64,000 nucleotides of DNA, taken from the NCBI GenBank assembly GCA_030704615.1, contig CM060734.1:16802001-16866000 (forward strand), written 5' to 3'. Below, piece by piece: positions 48,951 through 59,944 of the stretch. The translations under genes and the position numbers were made by a program. The DNA is from Takakia lepidozioides. Lineage: Eukaryota > Plantae > Bryophyta. The notes beneath the pieces are model-generated. The model was not told the DNA's origin, searched no databases, and worked only from the letters and a program-made list of their open reading frames with translations. Within the stretch, counting starts at the first letter, position 1; each line of letters begins with the position of its first letter.

Positions 48951-51833
48951 GTGAGCCCAAAAGGCATCACCAAAAATTCGTACGAGCCATACCTTGTCCT
49001 GCATGCTGTCTTTTCCTCATCTCCTTCTACTATCCGGATCTGGTGGTAACCCAAGCGTAAATCGATCCGGTTGAAATACTTTGCTCCTGCCAACCGATCG
49101 AAGAGGTCGTCGATCCTTGGCAAAGGGTACCGGGGTTCGATAGTCACCTTATTCAGAACCCTGTATTCGACACACATCCGCAGCGTCCCATCCTTCTTAT
49201 CTGCGAATAGTACCGGGGCTCCGTAAGATGACTTACTCAGCCGGATGTATCCTTTGCCATTAGATGCTTGAGCTGGGCCTTCAGCTCGACCAACTCTCTG
49301 TGGCTCAACCGGTAGGGCGTCTTGGCAGGCGGCTCCAATCTCGGCATCACCTCTATCTTGTGGTAACTCCTCTTCACGGTGGCAAGCCGCTTGATAAATC
49401 CTCCGGCATCACATCCTGGTATTTCTCCAGGATCTCCTTGATCCAATCTGGGCTCAGCTCCCTATCGAATTCTCCTTCCACTTGTCTCACGTAAAGCAAA
49501 AATTGGGGCTCGTGTGGCTCCTCTACGGCCCATTCCTTTGCTGTCAGCAGGTTTATTTGCCCTCCCACTCGGTTGGGTGTTTCCGGCACCCGTAAAACTT
49601 CGCCACCATTCCCACACGGTAGCGTGACTGTTCTCTTGCGGCCATCTATGACCGCTCCGGATTTTCTCAAAAAGGTCATCCCCAAAATGAGATCCACTCC
49701 ATTGATCTCGCAAATGGTGAAGTTCTCACGTCCCTCCCAACTCCCCAGCTGAAGAGGAACATCGAACGTCACCCTTGTCGCCAGTTGCGGTTCTCCTTTG
49801 GCAGAACGCACTTCAATAGAAGCCCCCACATCACTTGTCAGGAGGCCCGGCTTCCGTGCCATTGCCGGTGCCATGAAGGAGTGCAACGTTCCTGTGTCCA
49901 CCAACAACGACACGTTAGTTCCGGAAATTATCCCGCACACGAACATTAGCTGATTTTTTTTCGCAAAGCTCCCGTCTCATGATACGACCCACAAGAGCAG
50001 TTGCCTACCTTGCAAGTCTTGGCGACCACTGCCTCCACCAAGTGGCTGATGTAGTCTTCAAATAGCTCCGTGGTCGCCCGAGTCATGTTCAATTGTCGGG
50101 GTTTCGCGCACTTCTTGGCCATGTGCCCGGGCTCCCCGTAATTAAAGCACACCCCATCAAAGGTCGCTCCGCCATGAGCCGACACACCTGAATTTTTTTT
50201 CGGAGCACCGGGCTCCGTACGGCCCTGTCTTTCGCCCCTAGGGACATCCGAGAAACATTCAACCCTTTCAATTGCCTCGTTCAAAGTCTTTGGTGGCCTC
50301 TCCTCCAACTTCCGTCTGGCCCATGGGGCCAGTCCCGCCACAAAGTTAAAGACCATTTCTGGTTCCGCCATATCCGCGACTTCGAGCAACAACACATTGA
50401 AAGCCTGAACATATCCCCGAATGTCATCCGTTTGCTTCAAGTTCCTCATCTTATCCCGGGCGAGCCAGGACGCGTTGAGGGGCACAAACTATCTTTTCAT
50501 AAGTTCCTTGAACCCACTCCAGCTCAAGGTTTCTGGGTTTGGCCCTTAGTCATGAAGGCGCTTCTGCCACCATTGTTGAGCATAGCCCCTCAAATAGGTG
50601 GGAGCCATTTCCACCCGATCCTCGTCACTCAACTTGGCCGCCCGGAAGTACTGCTCCAGCTCCAAGAGCCAGGTGTTGAGTGCCTTCTGATTTTGGACGC
50701 CCTCGAAGGTGCCGGATTCCTTAGGCTTCACCTTAAATTTCGCCTTAGTGGAAGTGGCATTAGCCGCCCTCATCACATCTTTCAACGTCCCGCCAAACTG
50801 CGCCATCAACCCTTCCCAAATGGCTGCTGGCATAGGAGGTATCTTTGGTCTGGCGGAGCCTCTGGGAAATCCTCGGGCTCCGACTCCCCAAATTTCTCCC
50901 GTTCTTGAGCGGCCTCGCTTTCAGAAGCATAAATCGCCTCTTCCATTTGCTGCTTCGGTGACACGTCGCCCCCACCGGGCTCACCATGATCATCGTCTTT
51001 CGGGCCGTTCCGCTTTCGCTTTGTCTTGCCCAACCCCATGGTGAGGCCGATCTCAAGGACGATCACGTACTGAACTCTAAGCTTTGATACCAAGTGTCGC
51101 GCACCTCACTTTGGTAAGCTCCCCTTCAAGTCATAGTTACTCGCTTTGATGCGCGCGCCTAACTCCCAAACTGGCCGCCGGGCCAACTCGGAGCTTCGGT
51201 GAGCATCACCGGGGCATAACGGTCCCCCTCACACTCCCACTTGACCCTTGACCTGTTGGGCTCAGTGGTAGATGACTCAGTGTTCCCTTTGGTAGATGGC
51301 AGTCCGGAACAGCTCCCCACACCTTGGTCGCTTTCCGGCTTGCACGCTTACTCACTAGTTTTTGGTCACCAACGGGCTTGCACCGTTCTCGGGGTTACTA
51401 CTCCCTATATATACTTCCGTAGGTGTCCGCGGGGGTTCCACAAGTAGCCAAGTCCAAATCTGGTGCACCACCACTTAGACCCTCGATCGTCCATGTGGTG
51501 AGCCGCGGTGAGTCTTGGCCCACCCACCACGGCCCTAATGGACCGTGGTGAGTCCCAAGACTCCCCACGACTCCCACCACAAGGCCTCAGCCTCATGGTG
51601 AGTCCTATGCCATCCTCACTACGACTCCCTATGCTACCACCACCCCTCGTGGAGCCCCCACCACCGCCACCCGGTTTGCGGGGCTCCACCTAGTGAGCAC
51701 CACCGCCTCCTTGAGTGCCTTCGGCACTCAAGGGTGCTTCAGCCCCCTTTCCAATTTGCTGCCGCTGCCCCCACCACAAGGGCAGCCCCTCTTGTGTCCC
51801 GACCCCCCGCCCTCAAGGCAAAGGGCAGCGACA
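48951..51833 (-). mobile_element. Chromovirus family copy 2: 5' LTR, PBS, gag, protease and partial RT; 3'-truncated
   Basis: LTR 51095-51833 (TGTCGCG..GCGACA) homologous to copy 1; PBS TGGTATCAAAGC (51081-51092); RT runs to FLVMPFGLT, then abuts the other element. Confidence 0.92.
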
Positions 51834-52502
51834 TGGGTAGTCTCGTGCTTTGTGTATGTGAGTAATTTGGGGGGGCAAAGACGGTTGTTGTGCTAATGCT
51901 ATTGATACTCCTGCTTATATTTTGTCAACGCACTTGGTCTGATATGTAGATGAGGAGATGTCGTCCCTTGGAGGTGGGAGCTTGCCTGGACATTCGTAAT
52001 GAGCAAAAGACTGAGTAAAATCCGAGTAAACAGAGAGACTTGATGGGAGGTTTGTATAGCAATATGTTCGTGCTGAGATGGGTAGAGCGCGTATCGCCTG
52101 TTGCAGGCGAGTCTTCTAGGATATGCATGCTTGTACCTGTTCTCAGTTGGAGTAGAAACGGTGTGGTTGGAGTCGCCTCGATTATACCAAAATCTGCTTT
52201 TTAAGATCACCTTCTCGTGATATGCTTGAAAGCAGTAGAGGAGGTGTTGACGAGATGGCAGGGAGAGCATATACAGAGCAGGAAGTAACGAGAGAGCTAT
52301 GGCGGCTGACGAGCTCGCTAAGTCCGTGATAGTCATGACTAGAGTGGCGGCAACGCCAGCTTGCAAGGGGAATAAGAAGATAAAAGAGCAAAAATAGGGG
52401 AACCCTAAAATGATACCCGTGGCTAAAACATAGCTAGATCACTAAGGAAAACGGCAGGGGGGAGGCGGAGCTCCGCCTCCCATCGCGGAGGAAAAATTAA
52501 TA

Positions 52503-53716
52503 CCTGAGATGTAAACCAGATGCATCTGCGAGAAGCTGAAAATCATTCTCATTCACTTCGAAACTCGGCCCCTCCTCGGATGAAAAAATTCCTAGTGCAA
52601 AAGTATGCAAACGTATATGCCACTGGGACTATCGATTTGGCATGTGTCCAACTTCAACATGGCAGCCTCCTCAGAAACAGACAGGATATTTGATTTGACA
52701 ACATCTTTTCCCAAACCTTGTTCCATAGAACGGCGCACAATTTGCTGCTAGTTTCACTCTGGAATAACGCATGTCTTGAAAAATATTGAAGGGGATGGCG
52801 GGGATTCCAGTCTCTACAATCCGTTGTTCTTGTCTGGACCGGATGATCCGTCCAATAGCTCGCATCATACCTTGAATGCTGCACACCAATTGCAGTTATC
52901 AGTAAGGTTGTACATATCGATGGACCTAATGGACCCCATGATTGCTGTAACAGATCGATGGTAAGAAGCATGAATCTAAATACCTAGTTGGAGGATACAT
53001 CGACCATCCTGCTTGCTCATTTGCAACATGAAGTTAGCAAGTTTTTGAACAAATAATTTGATATCTGCTTCTTCAGAGAGGTCTTTGATGGTTTTCTCAG
53101 TACCATAACTGAAATGCTTACACCAGGCACTGAAGGCAATACGTGCCCAAGCCTCCGTTGCTTTGCTACGACGCCTACCACATTTGTCGACATTGGCAAC
53201 CTCTGCTTCATCCAACTTACCCCACCTATCAGCACCTCCACGTCCCTTAGTACGCCCCTGGATATTCGTAACAAGATTTCCTCCACGGGAACCAGAAACC
53301 ACAGAAGAATCAACATGTGATTCAAAAACTTTGTTCGCATCCACCAGAGAGCTGAAGTTTTTCGCAGGCTCTACATTGAGAGAAGAAGGTTCCAATAGGC
53401 CGGAAATCTTGTGTGAAGCATAAGCTTGTAACATATCGTTACCATTGGAAGGTTCAGGGTTAGTCGATGTTACAACGTCAAAATTTTGCTGAAGGCCAGG
53501 AGGAACATCACAAAGCCCCGTAAGGTCTGGTGCTTCACTAACGAGAAATTGCGAACAAGCTGCCTCTTGGCTAGAAGCATACTGCAATTCAAAGGAAGGA
53601 ACACTGCTATTATCATAATCTTGCATATTCTGAGAGGGAGAAGAGGTACTTGAGCAAACACGGCCACTGTAACAGTCACAAAAACGTAGGATCCATGGAA
53701 AACATATCTGTTTCAC
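52503..53716 (-). pseudogene. Crypton/DUF3504-like tyrosine-recombinase fragment with introns
   Basis: Reframed by eye: SKATEAWARIAFSAW..LANFMLQMSKQDG.MYPPT, intron, SIQGMMRAIGRII..FNIFQD..SMEQGLGK..LSVSEE..FAYFCTRNFFIRGGAEFR, then a GT donor. Confidence 0.6.
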
Positions 53717-53917
53717 CTACAATACGTTCTCTATCTCCATCCCTGCCAAAGCAAAAATCCAGGGATTGTGCCGCAATTAAAGGAAGCCATGAAAACTTCT
53801 GAAGAGAAACACCGTCTCGTAACTACCTACGATACCTACGATGCTGCCCGGAATGGATTATGAAGCTGCCCGAAATCAAGAAATAATCATTTGAGTAGAT
53901 TGAGCAGATTTTTACGC

Positions 53918-54015
53918 AGCGGAAAGTTCCTGCCCACGGACTTTCCGCCGTTTGCGGGTATGCCCTCGGGCCCACCCTTAAACGGCGGAAAGTCCTTGGG
54001 CAGGAACTTTCCGCT
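53918..54015. repeat. Nested inverted repeat (36-bp arms, each itself palindromic)
   Basis: Arms 53918-53953 and 53980-54015 are reverse complements with one mismatch; each contains GCGGAAAGT..ACTTTCCGC. Confidence 0.9.
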
Positions 54016-54438
54016 ATACTTAAGGATTAACCTCCCATGCTTGCGCAAAGACACATTATGGCACCTCTAACCATAACCTGGTTACAAGCTGCATGTTACT
54101 AGGAGATAGAGGTGGAGGCAAGGCAAGTGGGGCGTGAGTGGGGTGGTGGTCACACTCAAAGGAAGGGACGAGTCGTTGCAGACGAACATGGGCCATGTGC
54201 TGGATGACATGGCAACGGTAAAGAGCGCCGTTCTTACTAGAGTAAAAAGGTGGGAGGAGAATATAACCACCTTCCTCTTCGGCTTCTTCCACCCACTTCT
54301 CTCTTCTCGTCTCTGTCTCCTTCCCTCTCCTCTGCTTCCACTTTTGACGTTAACGAAGAGGGAATTTGTGTGCGTGGGAGGTCTGTCGTGTGTGTTTGAG
54401 TGCCGGTTAGGTTTCAGGGTTTTGTAACAAGGTAAGAG

Positions 54439-54945
54439 CTGGCGGAAGTGAAGCAGAGTGAAGTAGCGCTGGAGCAGCGGACTAACGAGGGCGTTGTGCT
54501 CGCGCTGTACACAGCACTGGGCGCGGGTGATGCCGCGGGCCTGCAAGCCTTAGTTCGCGAAGATCTCGAGTGGTGGTTCCATGGGCCGCCCTCTGACCAG
54601 CATATGATGCACTTGCTTACTGGTGTTACACCATTTAACACCTTTGCATTCAAGCCAGTCCGTATTTGCGGCATTGGCAGCAAGGTATACGTGGAAGGGA
54701 AGGGTGTGGAAGGGAAGGGGCCCTCCGCTCGCGTCGTCTTCTGGGTGCACATATGGACGGTTAAAGACAAGCGCATTACGCAACTGCGTGAGTACTTCAA
54801 TACAGCGATCCTTGTCACAGATCTGACACTCTCAGAGCCAACACCAGATGTGATTCAGTCTCATCCCTGCGCCACCCTGTGGCAGAGCCAGTTGTGGAAA
54901 TCCAAGGAAGGCCGCTCGATGCCCGGTCTCATCCTGGCTGTGTAA
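54439..54945 (+). CDS. Wound-induced protein WI12/WUN1 family (SnoaL/NTF2-like fold); start codon uncertain
   Basis: NEGVVLALYTAL..DLEWWFHGPP..MMHLLTG..FWVHIWTV..ITQLREYFNT..LWQS..SMPGLILAV; uninterrupted; CT-rich leader and TATA-like AATATAA at about 54260. Confidence 0.9.
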   Translation: MAEVKQSEVALEQRTNEGVVLALYTALGAGDAAGLQALVREDLEWWFHGPPSDQHMMHLLTGVTPFNTFAFKPVRICGIGSKVYVEGKGVEGKGPSARVVFWVHIWTVKDKRITQLREYFNTAILVTDLTLSEPTPDVIQSHPCATLWQSQLWKSKEGRSMPGLILAV

Positions 54946-56159
54946 GAGGAAAGCCCTATCTGACCTGCACTTCTGTATGTAATCGCGAGGCTTTGGAACT
55001 CTGGAGGTGCTAACAACCAACAGGTTGTAGACTCTCAATGGCTTTCCCGTTTAGCCACCTTGCAAGGTGACTTTTGGTGCAGTTTTCATGTTGTGGTCGC
55101 CCTTGGCATCGGAGCAGGCTTTCTAGTCTGTAAGGAACTTAGATATTGGCTTGCCGCCTCACGTTTGACGCCCTCAAGAGTTGTGAACCATGCCTTTACA
55201 ACTGTCCGGAACTAGTAAAAGCGTCCAGACCTGGTATTTGGTATTTACGATGGCTATTGCAGTAATATGCGAGTGTAGACCTAACGATCCAGTAGGGAAT
55301 AAAGAATTGAGACATTCTTGTCATTATTTTCAAATTGTTTTTGTGATATTTGGAAGATGGATTCTTTACATTATGTGAACAATTTGTTCTTCCTAATTTG
55401 AGGGAGTGCAGGAATACTGGCAGCACACATCATGACAGCATGGCGAAAATGAACACTTTCACACAGAAGATAATAATGACACAATATCCTCTCCATCAAG
55501 TAGGAAAGAGATTGGTACTGACAAAATTGGTGATTTCACATTGAAGCTTAGTGAAGACCATAAGCAAATTTTTCTGTGGTGGACTTCGTTGATTAGTGCT
55601 TCATCCCTTGGAATTCTGGTATCTAAATTTGCTTGTTGCATATTGGGCTCATGAGAACTGGTATCTGCAGACAGTCTGGCTCATGGATAGATCTCATATT
55701 TCTCATTGGAACAGCAATATTGTCTATGGTTGGCTATATACTTGGATTTACAGGCAGACCTCCATATGTTGTTTGGTTTACTAGAAATGCATGGCAGTGT
55801 CCATATTGCATATCTGATGCACTGCTTTAAGTATCGAGATATATCTTCAGCACAAAATACTGACAGTGAAATACAGTCTAGCATCATAATCCCTCTTTGT
55901 AGCCTTTTGCCAAGTGCGTTGCTCAAGAAGAGCACTCTTTCCAAAAGAAATCAAACTCATCACAGCACATGCGGCGTCCCCCATAATCAGAGCTCAAAGA
56001 TAACCCTGGCCAGTCTTACTACACTGAGCACCTTGACATATGACCTGTGAGTTTCAAAGTTTTTACTGACCTTGGAATGAACAACAGAAGTTGTATGTAA
56101 TAGAGGGGATATGATACAACATGCAATTGTAGCTGGGCATGCAAAACAAACATGTCATT

Positions 56160-56548
56160 AAAGTTATCCGTTAAGTCCATGGGATGCATGGTGAGTTCGG
56201 CCAGTTTGGTCAAAAGACAGGGTGAACAGGGTGGAAGCGGGCCCTACAAGCCAGATAAAGAGGGGGCCAAACTCAAAATAGCAGGAAAAACCAGCCCAAA
56301 CGTGCTTGATCCCGTCTTCCTCCTCCGCGCACTGAGGCACGTGGATGAGCCTGACGCGGGGCCGAGCTCCCATCATGTTGACCTTCCAACTGGCACAAGG
56401 CCAGGCCAAGTTGTTCATCTCTCGTGCCCAGTTTACTGGAGTGGTGCCCATTTTATTGGACTTAACAGATAGGCTCAAACTGCCCGCCAAAGCCGCATGT
56501 GGGGATGGATCAAAGGGTCAAAGAGGGCGGGACTTAACGGATAACTTT
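56160..56548. mobile_element. Possible MITE bounded by 19-bp inverted repeats
   Basis: AAAGTTATCCGTTAAGTCC (56160-56178) and GGACTTAACGGATAACTTT (56530-56548); no clear TSD. Confidence 0.45.
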
Positions 56549-57269
56549 CTTATAACAATGCTTTTGAGAGCCAAAAGCCTAAGAGAAAGTGGAAGATGTT
56601 GAAATGATTTGCACTTCTCCCAAATAATGTTGGCCACAACACATTCATGAGGTCGGTTGTTGCCGCGGGAAGATACTGACCCTCTCCAGGGTCTTGGGGT
56701 TTTAGGGCAACAAGGTGAGACTTGTTGTGCTTGCCCGGACAATGACACCTGGGATGAGAGGACGGAGGGGCGGAGACTTGGCTTCACATCAACTGGCATG
56801 TTGAAAGACCCACACTTGCCCAGAATGGAAGTAAAATTCAATAGCAGCATTATCGCCAAATGGACTTCACTCACTTTGTTGATTCCCACTATCAATGAGA
56901 GTCCCAATTCGCTCCCTACTCAGAGCTTTTGAAATGTTACCTGCCTGATTCAAGTTGAATACTACCACTGCAGAGCCCAAAGTTAGAACTGCACATGGAG
57001 GTCCTGTACTGAGCCACTGCTTCACTAATAGTAATCACCCTGCAGAGAACATGCCTATACTACTTTTTTTCAGATATAAGCTTTCTTTAAGGGAGCTCAA
57101 CATAACTGGAACTACAAGTAAGTCATATGCTCACACTTATGAAAAAGGATCAGGCAACAGAGGTCAATTAACCCACTGCACAGGGGAAAACATGTGTGAT
57201 TGACCACTTGGTTACACGGGATGCCATTCTCTTGGCAAAGGGTGATGGCTGTAATGTCCATGACAGATT

Positions 57270-57893
57270 GTACTCATAAGACGTTGTTTGCCGTAGCCTT
57301 GTGGCCATTGACCCCGCGCCCAGTTTGAGCGGGAACAACAGGGACAGAACCTACCTCTGTCAGGGGCTGACGTTGGTAGTAAGACTTACCTCCATATAAA
57401 GAATTAATCCGGGTTTTCCAGATATCCTCTAGAAATCCCTTCACACAAGCATCAATCTGCTGTGTGTGATTTGCCCAAAAACTAGGCCTCAGGAGGGCCT
57501 GGGCTTTTGACTCAGCCTCGAGACTTTCAAAGTTGGTAAACAGGGGTACAGGCACAATTCCCTTAATAGATTTGAAGAGAGCGTCTCTTTGGTGAGAGAA
57601 CCCCGGACAGTGTATCAGAAAATGAATACTGTCTTCAGATTGCCCACACAATGGGCAATTGCACTCTCCCTTTCCTCTCTGCTTCTGTTTGCTGTTCAAA
57701 GGTAGGCTTCCTGCCCTGAGTTTAAATTTCAGTCTAGTGCCGAGAGTGGGTAGACCCTTGAGGTCATCCAAGATGTCCTCCCCCATGTCACAGACTGGAA
57801 ACAAGTTCAGGGAAGTTTTCTGCCTAACTTCATTTTCATCAGACAATCTCATGGCAACAGACATGGCTGAGGACACTACAGCCTCTAAGTCAG
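57270..57893 (-). mobile_element. 3' fragment of the same RTE/RTEX-like LINE
   Basis: Closely similar to 32420-33040, including the CCHC finger and the GAGTACA end. Confidence 0.9.
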
Positions 57894-58650
<757 letters not shown>

Positions 58651-58769
58651 TGCCCCCGCCCCATTAAACTTTCTTCAGCTTTCCTGCTCCCTCATTCAGT
58701 GCAGCATCAGGACTCCCCAGGATGTCACCGGGATCCATGTAGAAAACTGAAGTCTAATGAGTTGTTTGT

Positions 58770-59082
58770 GTGTCTCTCTCTGTCAACTCCCTCTCTGCCC
58801 AAACTGGGTGCAGGCTCTACGGCCACAAGGGGCTACGGTAAACAACGTCTCATGAGTACATTATCGTTGTGACTCTCTCTCTCCAAACTGGGCGCGGGGT
58901 CTGGCCACAAGGCTACAGCAAACAAAGTCTTACGGGTACATTCTCTCTCTCTCTCTCGCTCGCTCACCCTGGTGGGTGCGAACCCCCTAAAAGGCTCCAG
59001 GAGAGTTAGTTTCAAGGGCCGTAAGGCTGTGGCAAGCCAACGTTCGCCGGGAACAGATGAGTACATTCTCTCTCTCTCTCTC
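58770..59082 (+). mobile_element. Three stacked LINE/SINE 3'-end fragments, each next to (TC)n
   Basis: CCAAACTGGG..GGCCACAAGG..GTACA twice, plus the second-family end GCCAAC..GGGAAC..GAGTACATTCTCTC. Confidence 0.75.
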
Positions 59083-59099
59083 CGGTTACAGCCCTGAAC

Positions 59100-59535
59100 T
59101 GGAGTATATATTTCGATGGCTTATAACGCTCCCATTAGTTCTTCTGAGATTGTGGAAGCAATTCAACATTTAAACGGATATAAAGTTGGTGGACCTGATG
59201 GCATAGTCAACGAGCTTATCAAGCACGGTGACGATCCCATGATAGAGGCCCTAGTTCTCCTCTTTAACCTTATCTGGAAGACTGAAATGATCCCCTTTCG
59301 CTGGCGACAGGGGGTCATTGTCAATCTATACAAGAAGGGTGACAGAGAAGAACCGAGGAACTACCGTGGCATCACGCTCCTCGATGCTGTTGGCAAGACA
59401 ATATAAGTACTCGTCTCGAGGTTGATCTGGAATCTAGAGGTTGTTGCCACGAAGGCCAAGCTGCCTTTCAGCGAAACAGGGGCTGTGTGGATCATATCTT
59501 CACTCTAAGCCAGATTATCCAGGGAAGGAAAAAAG
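59100..59535 (+). pseudogene. LINE RT N-terminal fragment
   Basis: GPDGIVNELIK..YKKGDREEPRNYRGITLL; homologous to 34075-34520. Confidence 0.88.
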
Positions 59536-59944
59536 AATCAGTTTGCTCCATGTTGTCAGGTCCAAAACGGAGCCATCATCCTTAGCAAAATCGTTTTGCT
59601 TTTACCTCAGTGGCTTGACATAGAGGGTGAAGATTGCACTTGAACTCTGTTGATTAGAAAGTCCAAAGAAATGAGACTGTACGTCTCTCAAAAGGGAGTC
59701 TTTGGGTTTACTGTGCCTGCAAACTCTGCTCACCGAATATGCACACTTTGGTGTATCCAGTAGTAGAAAAACTTTGAAATAACTCTTTCACACTCTCCAC
59801 AAGGAACCGTGATTTTGCGAAAAACAACCCAAATGCAACAGAAAAAAGACATTGACTTGTGAGTCTGAACAAGCTCACTTAATTGAGCCCAACTAATGGG
59901 ACCCAATGGCTCCCTTTCTGCTTTCTCCTAGTTCGCTCCCATGA

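Noticed and set aside
52440-52452. CACTA element terminus (CACTAAGGAAAA)
   Set aside because: No matching TAGTG end or subterminal repeats found; lies inside a motif shared with 12688-12770 that lacks CACTA.
55190-56050. Cluster of short ORFs downstream of WI12
   Set aside because: AT-rich, no motifs, overlapping on both strands; consistent with non-coding DNA.
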